Of a stretch of DNA of 64,000 bases, positions 18,792-27,918 are shown piece after piece (the stretch's first letter is position 1; every line of letters begins with the position of its first letter). Position numbers and translations under genes: made by a program. Source of the stretch: Candidatus Latescibacterota bacterium (GTDB lineage: Bacteria; Latescibacterota; UBA2968; GCA-2709665); NCBI GenBank assembly GCA_965219995.1, contig CBDCOX010000002.1, positions 4,096,001 through 4,160,000 of the forward strand. Direction: 5' to 3'. Below the pieces are notes generated by a model that saw nothing but the letters and a program-made list of their open reading frames with translations, did not search any database and had not been told where the DNA came from.

Positions 18792-20681
18792 GTGGCATTC
18801 GTCGACACGCTGTACGAGAAATACTATCTCGAATTCGCCTCCTATTCCATCAAGAACCGGGCAATTCCCAGCATTGACGACGGCTTCAAGCCGGTTCAGC
18901 GGCGCATTCTGCACGCTCTCCACGAGATGGACGACGGCAAGTATCACAAGGTCGCCAACGTGGTGGGCCAGACCATGAGGTACCATCCCCATGGCGACCT
19001 GTCCATCTTCGGCGCCCTGGTGAACCTGGCCAACAAGGAACTGTTCATCGACAGGCAGGGGAATTTCGGCAACATCTTCACCGGCGACGAGGCTTCCGCC
19101 GCGAGGTATATCGAATGCCGCCTCACGCCGCTCGCACGCGAGGTCCTCTTCAACCCGGAGACAACCGAATTCGAGGATTCTTACGACGGCCGCAATCGTG
19201 AGCCGCTCGCTTTTCCGGCGAAGATCCCGGTCCTGCTCGCAATCGGCTCGGAGGGCATCGCGGCCGGGATGACCACCCGGATTCTCCCGCATAACCTCAT
19301 CGAACTCCTCGAGGCGCAGATCGCCTGTCTGCAGGACAGACCCTTCCGCATCCATCCCGACTTTCCCACGGGCGGTTTGGTGGACGTCTCCCAATATGAA
19401 GACGGCAACGGGAAGGTTCTCGCCCGCGCCAAACTGGATACCCGCGACTCGAAACGCATCGTCGTACGCGAACTGCCTTACGGAACGACAAGCGAAACCC
19501 TCATTGCATCCATCGAAGACGCTGTTAAAAAAGGCAAGCTCAAGATCTCGGGTATCAGCGATTATACGACCGATGAGGTCGAAATCGAGATTCAGCTGGC
19601 CCGTGGCGTGCATACCAGGGATACCGTTGACGCACTGTATGCGTTTACGGACTGCGAAACATCGATTGCGGCGAATCTGCTGGTCATTCGCGACAACCGG
19701 CCTCAGATCACGACCGTGACCGACGTCATCGAATACAACACCGGCCGCCTGGTCGACCTTCTCAAAGCCGAACTCAAACTCGAAGAACGCCGGCTGAACA
19801 CGCGGCATCACGCGAAGACGCTCGAACAGATCTTCATCGAAAACCGGATCTACAAGAGCATCGAAGACGAGACCACGTCCGAGGACGTCTACCGCGCCGT
19901 GTTCGACGGGCTCGAACCCTACCGGGAGGCCATCAGGGCGGAAGTTACCAGGGAGGACGTGGAGAACCTGCTCAAGATCCCCATCCGGCGCATCTCACTC
20001 TACGATATCAACAAGGCCCAGGAGGAGATGCAGGAAATCCGCAAGCGTCTAAGGGAGGTCCGTGCGAACCTCCGCGGCATCCAGGCATTTGCGGTTGCGT
20101 TTCTACAGGACATCATCGAGAAATATCGCGACGATCACCCCCGGAAGACCGAAGTCGCCACGATTCAGAAGGTCGACGTCCGGGATGCAGCACAGCGCAA
20201 TCTCAAGCTGCGCTACGACAGGAGTACCGGTTACCTTGGCCACGAGGTCAACGGCGCCGCCCTTTTCGACGTGTCCCCGTACGACCGTGTCCTGGTGATC
20301 CGCAAGTCCGGAACGTACTCCGTGGTGGACGCGCCCGAAAAGCTCTTCGTGGACAAAGGCATGCTTTTCTGCAATTTCGTGGACGAAAGTCGCGTGTACA
20401 ATATTCTCTACAAGGAAAACAGGACCGGATATCTCTACATCAAACGGTGCAAGATCGACAAATTCATCATGAACCGGGGGTACGAACTGGCGCCCGAGGG
20501 TTGCCGGATCCTGAAACTCACGACGAAATCCGACGGTACGATTCACGCCCAGTTCAAGCCGAAACCCCGGGTGCGAATCACCGAAGAACAATTCGCCATC
20601 GCCGATTATCCGGTCCGCGGAAACAAGGCCCGGGGGATTCGCCTGGCTGCCCGAGAAGTCCAATCCGCCAAATTCGTATGA
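18792..20681 (+). CDS. parC: DNA topoisomerase IV subunit A (short C-terminal domain)
   Basis: DGFKPVQRRIL, YHPHGD, catalytic SAARYIECRL; 629 aa; no GyrA box seen. Confidence 0.88.
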   Translation: MAFVDTLYEKYYLEFASYSIKNRAIPSIDDGFKPVQRRILHALHEMDDGKYHKVANVVGQTMRYHPHGDLSIFGALVNLANKELFIDRQGNFGNIFTGDEASAARYIECRLTPLAREVLFNPETTEFEDSYDGRNREPLAFPAKIPVLLAIGSEGIAAGMTTRILPHNLIELLEAQIACLQDRPFRIHPDFPTGGLVDVSQYEDGNGKVLARAKLDTRDSKRIVVRELPYGTTSETLIASIEDAVKKGKLKISGISDYTTDEVEIEIQLARGVHTRDTVDALYAFTDCETSIAANLLVIRDNRPQITTVTDVIEYNTGRLVDLLKAELKLEERRLNTRHHAKTLEQIFIENRIYKSIEDETTSEDVYRAVFDGLEPYREAIRAEVTREDVENLLKIPIRRISLYDINKAQEEMQEIRKRLREVRANLRGIQAFAVAFLQDIIEKYRDDHPRKTEVATIQKVDVRDAAQRNLKLRYDRSTGYLGHEVNGAALFDVSPYDRVLVIRKSGTYSVVDAPEKLFVDKGMLFCNFVDESRVYNILYKENRTGYLYIKRCKIDKFIMNRGYELAPEGCRILKLTTKSDGTIHAQFKPKPRVRITEEQFAIADYPVRGNKARGIRLAAREVQSAKFV

Positions 20682-20785
20682 AGCCGATCCCGGGGTCGAA
20701 ACGGCAAACATAAACGCAGCCGGAAGCGCGTCCGCTTTCCAGCCCGTTGATAAAGTCCATCCGTGCGACGATGAAAGAAGCCTCT

Positions 20786-21550
20786 ATGTCACCCAAACCC
20801 CTCGCGGATCTTCTGGATCTGACCGGACAGGTCGCCATTGTCACCGGCGCCAGCCGGGGCATAGGAAAGAGCATTGCCGAGGTCTTTCACCAGGCGGGCG
20901 CCGGGCTCATGCTGGTCGCGCGCAATGCGGGCCCGTTGCATTCGGTCGCGGATGCGCTATCCGATCGGGGCGACGTGCTCGCGGCCCCGGCCGACGTTGC
21001 AGACGAGGCGCAGGTCAACGCCTTCGTCCAGGAGACCGTGGACACGTTCGGACGCGTGGACATCCTGGTCAATAACGCCGGCGTATCCAGCCCAGGGCCC
21101 TATACAGGCGTCGACCATGCCGAGTGGCAGCGGGTGATCGGCGCCAATCTCACCGGCGCGTATCTCTGCTGCCTGGCGGCGGCCCCCCACATGGAGAATC
21201 AGAAGAGCGGCCGGATCATCAACATCTCCTCCATCAGCGGCCAGACCGGGGGCGTCGCGGGCGGGGTCCACTATGGAAGTTCGAAGGCAGGAATGATCGG
21301 GATGACCAAGACTCTCTCTCGCGACCTGGCTTCGAGCAACGTCACCGTCAACGCCATCACCCCGGGCGTCATCGAAACGAGCATGCAAATCCCTCCCGAG
21401 ACCCGCAGCCGGATCAACGAACTCATACCTCTGGGTTACGTCGGCCAACCCGAGGAGATCGCTTATTCCGCCCTCTTCCTGGCCTCGCGGATGGGCGCAT
21501 ACATCACCGGCGCCACGATCGACGTGAATGGCGGGATATTGAAGAGATAA
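20786..21550 (+). CDS. SDR family oxidoreductase (FabG-like)
   Basis: TGASRGIG, NNAG, YGSSK motifs. Confidence 0.92.
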   Translation: MSPKPLADLLDLTGQVAIVTGASRGIGKSIAEVFHQAGAGLMLVARNAGPLHSVADALSDRGDVLAAPADVADEAQVNAFVQETVDTFGRVDILVNNAGVSSPGPYTGVDHAEWQRVIGANLTGAYLCCLAAAPHMENQKSGRIINISSISGQTGGVAGGVHYGSSKAGMIGMTKTLSRDLASSNVTVNAITPGVIETSMQIPPETRSRINELIPLGYVGQPEEIAYSALFLASRMGAYITGATIDVNGGILKR

Positions 21551-21554
21551 AAAG

Positions 21555-21785
21555 AAGCTATCAGCTATCAGCCGTCAGCTCAAATCAAAATCGAAAATCA
21601 AATTCAAAATCCCCTTTCCCCAAATTCCCTAAGGGCGGGGAGACGCAAGACGTGAGACGTGAGAGGATATCAGTGCCCAATGGTGTTTCTTGTCGTTACG
21701 ATAACGGTCGAGAAACAGGCACGGTTAGCGCGAAAACACTGTGGTGACGTTATCATCTACCGTCTTCCCTCTACCCTCTTACCGC
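21555..21785 (-). repeat. AGCTATC-type heptamer run plus modular repeat locus 4 (inverted B)
   Basis: AGCTATCAGCTATCAGCCGTCAGC, then heptamer arms enclosing the reverse complement of module B. Confidence 0.8.
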
Positions 21786-22126
21786 ATTTGCCTGGGCGCG
21801 GGGCCTGCTATATGCATAGCGCGAACCCCCTCACAGGATGCACAGGATCTGCTGCCCTGGCAGCAAAGGTGGCACATCAATCCGCGTCGCTGGACGGATC
21901 AGCGCGCTCTGCTCTGATAGCCGTCCGGTAAGGAAATACCTTTGTAGACTGGTTGGCACCTGTACGATGAGGAATTCCGTCGACTTGAAGCAAAGACATA
22001 CAGCGAGAGGCAAACAGCGGAATCTCTTTGAAGCCGTGAAGTTGGCCTTCCTGGGATGCCATTCGCCAGCTCCGATGTGTGGTTGTTGAAGGTATTCTGA
22101 GTGTGGACACCGAACAGGAGATAGAT

Positions 22127-23317
22127 ATGCAGACTGAACGAGAGAAGTGGAAGCCAGGTCCCGAAACGATTGAATCTCTGTCCTCGCTGATCCGGTCGAA
22201 ACCCGAGGAAGTGCGGTGGACGGAAATCGGCTGGGAGACGGACCTCTGGACGGCACGTCGCCGCGCGGCAGCGGTGAACAGACCGATGTTCATCTGGGCG
22301 ATGAACGGAAACCCGCTCGGCTGCGTCTGAAACAATGGCATCGCGGGCCGTGAGTCCGTTTTCTCCCATCCCGATATTATCCGGGTCCTCAACGATTCCT
22401 ACGTTTCCGTTGCGGACAACTGCAGCTACACCCAGACGCAGAAAGACGCCAAGGGCGAGTTCTTCCGCCTCGTGGCGGAACAGGGCCATTACGGCGGGCG
22501 CACAGAACCCACGGCCACCAGGCAGGGATTGTACGCGTGTACCTCGGAGGGAGAACTGCTGGGGTCCATCAACACGCGGGATGCCGCCCCGCTCCTGGAA
22601 GTGCTCGAGCAAAGCCTGGAAAGGTGGCGCCAGCGCCCGGCCGGGAGCGCGTCGGACGATATTCCCGATACCTATTCCGTCGATCCGAGACTCGGATGGT
22701 CCTATCCGGAAAACGGACTGGCGCTCAAAGTGACGGTCCGCGACCTCCCGCGGAATTCCGACGAAGTGGACGCGCGGCACAACATCGACTTCGCGTGGTT
22801 TACAGAGGAGGAGGTCCGGTCTCTGGTACCCGGGGATGCCCGGCAAGGCCGGACCTGGCGCGCGCCGGATTTCTTCACCAGACGTCTCGCCCTGCGCCAC
22901 TTCATCGACACGGTCCGCGGGCAGTCGCCCGGATGGCGGGAGGAAAACCTGAAGGACGGAGAGTTCCGGCTGACCGTCGAGTCCGCCGAAGCCGATCTCA
23001 TCCGGCTCCGCATAGACGGACGCATCCACCTCGAAGCGGAACCCACGTATGAAACGAATCCCTTCAGCAAGCTTACGGTGGACAAGCCACGGGGTCTGAA
23101 CCTGATCCTCTACGGCATGCTCGCGTTCGATTCCCGGCGGCGGACGGTCGAATCCTTCGACGCCGTCGCGACGGGCGACCGCTGGGGATATACCACCTAC
23201 AACGTGCGCTTCGACGATCCCGGCCCGGCGCCCATCGGTTTCGCGTTCGAACTCGCGTCGGACGATCCCATCGAACGCACCCCGCCCGCCTCCATCGGGC
23301 GGAACTACTTCGCCTGA
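22127..23317 (+). CDS. Putative selenoprotein (C-V-U68) with a SelenoN-like thioredoxin-fold N-terminal domain, 396 aa
   Basis: AGGAG RBS and ATG 22127. The TGA at 22328-22330 is followed by 47 stop-free codons in frame with ORF 22472-23317: MFIWAMNGNPLGCVUNNGIAGRESVFSHPDIIRVLNDSYV. Hairpin immediately 3' of the UGA. Confidence 0.78.
22335..22369 (+). promoter_or_regulatory. Candidate bacterial SECIS element
   Basis: Stem GCGGGC/GUCCGU with a CGUGA loop starting 18 nt after the UGA (G at loop position 2); possible lower stem AUGG/CCAU. Confidence 0.5.
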
Positions 23318-23349
23318 CGCGTCATCGCCGAAACACGTACAGCAAAACA

Positions 23350-23386
23350 CGCCCCCGCAACGGCTTGTCGAGACGTTGCGGGGGCG
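23350..23386. terminator. 13-bp GC hairpin, probable terminator between convergent units
   Basis: CGCCCCCGCAACG-11 nt-CGTTGCGGGGGCG; T-rich tail on the minus strand. Confidence 0.6.
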
Positions 23387-23397
23387 CGTGTGTTGGG

Positions 23398-23536
23398 GTG
23401 GGGCAGACATTCCCGTCTGCCCGCATCGCTCAAAATGAAAGGTCGGCCGATCGCCGAAACTGTCATCCTGAGGAAGCTGCCAGGCCTGCCGGCGCGAATC
23501 ATTGGCAGGCCGGCTGACGAAGGATCTACTGCGGCA
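23398..23536. repeat. Direct repeat, left copy (composite REP)
   Basis: GTGGGGCAGACATTCC.GTCTGCC...TGTCATCCTGAGGAAG...GACGAAGGATCTACTGCGGCA; the right copy is at 24186-24298. Confidence 0.85.
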
Positions 23537-23605
23537 TCGGTTTACACCGGGCGCCTGGCATTCAATCGACGCAACAGGCGGCACGTATGCGCCCATACGG
23601 TCAGG

Positions 23606-23944
23606 CTAAGGTGGCGCGTGAGTTGACGGGATCCCGATATACGGGCATTTCGACAAGCTCAATGACCACGTTTTGGTAGGTGGTCTTCCACTCCGCTCGG
23701 GAGGGGTGAGTGAATATTCCGTCGATTCTTTATTCAGTGGATTTCGAACGCTACCTTCAAACGGGTCGGCGGTGTAATAAAAAATCCGATAGAGATCAAT
23801 CCCGCACAACTTACAGTGAGATCTTATTTTCTCAATTTGACTGAATATATCCTGAGCGGTTGGAGATTTCGCGCTCTTCCCATGTAGGTTCTTCTTGAAC
23901 CATTCGCCGTCAATGAGGATTGCATATCTATCGGGGAAACTCAT
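23606..23944 (-). pseudogene. Truncated NYN (DUF88/LabA-like PIN fold) ribonuclease
   Basis: YAILIDGEWF...LYRIFYYTADP...RNPL N-terminal motifs. The KGVD and GDSDF catalytic motifs are absent, the C-terminus runs into a REP (23641-23673), and GC is lower than the flanks. Confidence 0.7.
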
Positions 23945-23968
23945 CCATTGATGCTCGTATAAACGGTT

Positions 23969-24055
23969 GGCCCCCGCATTACGTGCATGCCTAAAGCCTG
24001 GATGCGTCCATCCAGGGTCGACATGTCTTTGGATGGGTGACGTAACGCGGGGGCC
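23969..24055 (-). ncRNA. Structured leader / candidate RNA antitoxin upstream of the NYN gene
   Basis: 16-bp outer stem GGCCCCCGCGUUACGU/ACGUAAUGCGGGGGCC and inner 8-bp hairpin CCUGGAUG-GACG-CAUCCAGG. Confidence 0.5.
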
Positions 24056-24087
24056 TAGATTTCTTCAGTGGCTCCAAGTTAAGATAA

Positions 24088-24116
24088 TATATACCCAGAC
24101 ATTGTCTCACTGTCAA
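24088..24116 (-). promoter_or_regulatory. sigma70 promoter driving the leader RNA and NYN gene
   Basis: Minus strand TTGACA-17-TATATA(TT). Confidence 0.65.
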
Positions 24117-24185
24117 GTTTATTTATCGAAACACCCCTACTCCCTTCGTGGTTTCCACACGAGCTCTGACGAAGTCGGCGTGAGA

Positions 24186-24298
24186 GTGGGGCAGACATTC
24201 CAGTCTGCCGGCGTCTGCCAAACCTGTTATCCTGAGGAAGCCGCCAGGCCTGCCGGCGAATCAATGGCAGGCCGGCTGACGAAGAATCTACTGCGGCA
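24186..24298. repeat. Direct repeat, right copy, overlapping the aldo/keto reductase stop codon
   Basis: Near-identical to 23398-23536 apart from an internal indel. Confidence 0.85.
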
Positions 24299-25277
24299 GC
24301 CGATGCGCCTCCATTCTTTCGCTGTAGCGAACGCTGGCCGCGTCGAGCTTCGCGCGCAATTCGGCCGGCAGCTTCAGCGCCGCACCGGCCAGCGTCTCAT
24401 CCACGTGAGCCGTGGACTCGGGACCGGCCAGCACCGACGTCACTTCCGGGTGATCCAGCACCCATGCGACGCAGACCTCCGCCCGGCTGACGTCCAGGGC
24501 ATTCGCCGCCTCGTCCAGTGCGGCGTGCATTTCCGCGAGCGGGGAACCCGGATCGGCCTCGAATCGGGGCGACAACTCGCCCGCATCCAGCGGGCTGTAC
24601 GCAATCACCCCGATTCCCTCGGCGCGTACGACCGGAAACATCTCGCGTTCCAGTTTTCGGATTCTGGACCGCCCGTCCGGTGTGAGCGTATAGCCCGATA
24701 CAGTGTAATAATCTTCGACAACGGACGGCGGACTCGTGCCAGCCCCCCGGGCGTGCGCGCAGCACGCCGTCACGAATGCCGCATCGTGGTTGGACAGGCC
24801 CCAGAAGCGCGTTTTCCCGGTTCTGACGAGACGATCCATCGATTCACAGATCTCCGCTGCGGGGGTCCCCTCGTCCGGCGAGTGCAGCAGATACAGATCC
24901 ACGAAATCGGTGCGCATACGCTTCAGCGAGCACTCGAGCCGCCGCGTCAGGAATTCCCGCGTGAATCTCGCCGGGCCGCTCCCGCCTTCATCGCGAGCGC
25001 GAGGATGTGTCGGCGGCACCTTCGTGCAGATGACGGCACGGTCCCGCCGGCCCTCCAGTACTCTCCCGAGCAACTCTTCCGAACCTCCCCAACCGTATTC
25101 CTGTGCGGTGTCGAAGAAGTTGACGCCCGCGTCCAGACAGTGCCGCAGCACCCGCTCCGCCTGTGGATCGCGCGCGTTCCGCTCCAGGTGACGGAAGGCC
25201 GTGCCCTGGCAGTAACGCGTTACCGCGAGATCGGTCCGTCCCAATCGCACCGGTGTCAGTGGTGAAGAGTGTTCCAT
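24288..25277 (-). CDS. Aldo/keto reductase
   Basis: LGRTDL.V, FFDTAQEYG.G.SEELLG, SLKRMRTDFVDLYLLH, GLSN, YSPL. Confidence 0.92.
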   Translation of the reverse strand: MEHSSPLTPVRLGRTDLAVTRYCQGTAFRHLERNARDPQAERVLRHCLDAGVNFFDTAQEYGWGGSEELLGRVLEGRRDRAVICTKVPPTHPRARDEGGSGPARFTREFLTRRLECSLKRMRTDFVDLYLLHSPDEGTPAAEICESMDRLVRTGKTRFWGLSNHDAAFVTACCAHARGAGTSPPSVVEDYYTVSGYTLTPDGRSRIRKLEREMFPVVRAEGIGVIAYSPLDAGELSPRFEADPGSPLAEMHAALDEAANALDVSRAEVCVAWVLDHPEVTSVLAGPESTAHVDETLAGAALKLPAELRAKLDAASVRYSERMEAHRLPQ

Positions 25278-25451
25278 ATTCGTACAATCCCTTTCTTGCG
25301 AACAGTGTGGCCGAGTTGGAATTTGCTCGAAGGGAGTCGCGCCGATGGCGCCGCATCGCATCGCTAAGGTCTTGACACCGCGTGTCGCTGCGGTTTTATA
25401 TGGTCGACCGTCACGCAGGACCGATGTCATCACCAATCAAGGAGATTCTCC

Positions 25452-26432
25452 GTGAATGTCCCACCCGATGACGGTATTCGCGTTCCCGTGGACGACCTGC
25501 GGCGCCTCGTATGCGCGATCTACGAGGCCGTCCCACTGCCTTCGGAGCACGCCCGGCTGATTGCCGATCTGCTGATCGACACCGAACTGCGCGGCGTGGT
25601 CAGCCACGGTGTAACGCAGGTGGAGCGGTACGTCCGCTCATTCCAGGAAGGGCGCGCCAATCCTGATCCTTCCATCCGGGTTCTCCACGAGGGTCCCGCG
25701 ACCGCCGCGCTCAGCGGGGACGGCGGCCTGGGGATGATCGTCGCCACGCGCGCGATGAAGATGGCCATCGCCAAGGCCGGAGAACTCGGAGTGGGTGTGG
25801 TCACCACGGTCTATCACGACCATCTGGGCAGTTCGGGGAAGTACGTGAGGATGGCGCTGAAAGAGGGCCTTATCGGCATCAGCCTCTCAGGCCGGAACGC
25901 CGCCCCGTCATACGACCGCGCCAACAGCATCCGTGCCTCGATCCAGGGCAGCCCGCCGCTGGCCTTCGGGATGCCGGGAGGCGACGGTCGACCGGAGTTT
26001 CTGCTCGACTATGCCAGCCATTTCGTGACGGACGACGAGGACGTCCGCAGAAATCCGGCGGTATACGTGAAGGCGATCGGCATGTCTCACGTGGCCAATA
26101 TCCTCTCCGGGACCCTGGGGGGGCAGATGCTTCCCGAATTCGACCGGCGGACAACGAGATTCCAGGGCGCGGACCAGTCCGGATTTCACATGGCGCTGGA
26201 CGTGGGCCGCTTCACGTCACCTGACGCGTTCAAAACGGATATGGACTATCTGATGGACGAGACCGCGAAGATGCAGCCGCTGCCCGGACTTTCGAATGCG
26301 GGTCTGCCGGGACAGCGGGCCTGGCGGAAGGAGGCCGACTATCGCGAGAACGGCATTCCCATCAGCACGAATGCGGTATCGTCGCTCGAGGGTCTGGCGC
26401 GCGAGTTCTCGCTCCCGGTCCCCTGGACCTGA
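25452..26432 (+). CDS. Ldh_2 family (malate/L-lactate/ureidoglycolate-type) oxidoreductase, divergent
   Basis: ELRGVVSHGV, GDGGLG, AIAKAGELGVG, DHLG, LPG motifs; GGAG RBS before the GTG start. Confidence 0.85.
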   Translation: MNVPPDDGIRVPVDDLRRLVCAIYEAVPLPSEHARLIADLLIDTELRGVVSHGVTQVERYVRSFQEGRANPDPSIRVLHEGPATAALSGDGGLGMIVATRAMKMAIAKAGELGVGVVTTVYHDHLGSSGKYVRMALKEGLIGISLSGRNAAPSYDRANSIRASIQGSPPLAFGMPGGDGRPEFLLDYASHFVTDDEDVRRNPAVYVKAIGMSHVANILSGTLGGQMLPEFDRRTTRFQGADQSGFHMALDVGRFTSPDAFKTDMDYLMDETAKMQPLPGLSNAGLPGQRAWRKEADYRENGIPISTNAVSSLEGLAREFSLPVPWT

Positions 26433-26453
26433 CGATGTGGCCTGCGAGGTCCT

Positions 26454-27575
26454 TTACCGGAACCAGTCATAGTTCAGACCGAGAGAGCGGTCCTCGAGCG
26501 GAAGCTCGACGCGCTCTCCGCCGCGCGCCGAAGACAGCTTCAGTGCGACCTCGACTTCCAGGGCGACCGCGATCCGCCGGCCCGAGTTCTTCGGCTCGTC
26601 CAGCCGGCCTTCCATGCAGTCGATCACGTCATTGAGCGAGTAGACTGCGCCGTACGGAGTTGCAAACTGGGGTTCAGGCCACGGCATTTCGACCCGAATC
26701 CTGCCGGTGGTCTCCAACTCTTGTCTCAGGTGCCATAGACGGTCCGGCCCGAACACGATCTCCCCGGTGCTTCCGTCCAGGCGGACCGGCGGCGCTCCCG
26801 CCCGGAAGTGCACCACCGTCCCGTCCGCCGCAACCGCGATTCCCTGGCCCCTGAATTCATCGCTTCCGCCGGGACCGCTGAATTCGTCGGTGCCCTCACC
26901 CCGCCGGGGAAGGTCGCCGGTGCCCGAGACCCAGGCTGGCGGGCTGTCCAGAAAATACGACCAGTTCTGATGCTGGGCGAACGGGGAGGATGTCTCGATG
27001 GACCGGATCTCCCCGATGGCCCCGCTCAGTACCAGTTCCCTTGCTTTGCCGAAGGACGGGTGGGTCGTGGTGATCGCGCCGCAGTTCAGCGGGACGCCCG
27101 CAGCAGCGCAGTCCGAGACCATGCGGTCCGCTTCCTCGAGCGTGTGACACATCGGTTTATCGGTAACAATGCCCCGGGCTCCGCATTGCACCGCGAGACA
27201 TGCCAGGTCGGCGCGCCCCTTCGTATTCGTGGCGATGGCCACGATATCCAGGCGCTCGGCGCGCAGCATTTCTCCGGCGTCGGTGTAGGTCGCTTCGATG
27301 CCGTAGCGTTCACGGAACGCCGCGAGCCGTTTCGGGTCCCGGTCGGCTGCCGCCACCAGGTCCACCTCGGGCCGGTTGTGCAGCGCTTCCGCATACGAGG
27401 TCGGATTCCCTTCGTTTCCAGGGTGATCGTGGTGGTAGAACCGGCGATGCACGTCCAGTTCGGGCGTCGGCCGGTCCACGTCGTCCACTTTGAAAAGGTC
27501 CGGGATGCGTTCCGCCAGATCGTAGAGCATGCCCATCCAGCCCAGACCGATCACGCCCGCGCGGTATTTCGCCAT
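26454..27575 (-). CDS. Gfo/Idh/MocA family oxidoreductase
   Basis: GVIGLGWMG, DIVAIAT, DKPM motifs. Confidence 0.85.
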   Translation of the reverse strand: MAKYRAGVIGLGWMGMLYDLAERIPDLFKVDDVDRPTPELDVHRRFYHHDHPGNEGNPTSYAEALHNRPEVDLVAAADRDPKRLAAFRERYGIEATYTDAGEMLRAERLDIVAIATNTKGRADLACLAVQCGARGIVTDKPMCHTLEEADRMVSDCAAAGVPLNCGAITTTHPSFGKARELVLSGAIGEIRSIETSSPFAQHQNWSYFLDSPPAWVSGTGDLPRRGEGTDEFSGPGGSDEFRGQGIAVAADGTVVHFRAGAPPVRLDGSTGEIVFGPDRLWHLRQELETTGRIRVEMPWPEPQFATPYGAVYSLNDVIDCMEGRLDEPKNSGRRIAVALEVEVALKLSSARGGERVELPLEDRSLGLNYDWFR

Positions 27576-27624
27576 AGTCGACTCCTATCGTTGTTTGAGA
27601 CCCTCACCCCCCGGCCCCTTAAAG

Positions 27625-27757
27625 GCGGGTAGACGCAAGACGTAAGACGTGAGATGATATGATTGCCTCGTGGGGTTTCATTTCTCGCCGGTGGCATATA
27701 GGGACAATCAATCTGGCAGGGACATCCTCTCCCGTCTCCCGTCTTACGTCTCCCCGC
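27625..27757 (-). repeat. Modular repeat locus 5 (inverted, diverged A)
   Basis: Heptamer arms enclosing a reverse-complement A-like module. Confidence 0.75.
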
Positions 27758-27918
27758 TTTCAGGCCGTTCACGTCATAAGATACTGGTATTCATGTCGCG
27801 TTTCCAGTATGGTATACATCCCTGTTCCGCCATCAACGTGCGTTATCCCGCGCCCGTTTGATCTCAGCCCGAATCACGGGTACGGAATACATCAATCTTC
27901 ACGTCAGGAGTCACCAAT

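Noticed and set aside
21899-23596. 565-aa minus-strand ORF
   Set aside because: Antisense shadow of the selenoprotein gene plus repeat DNA.
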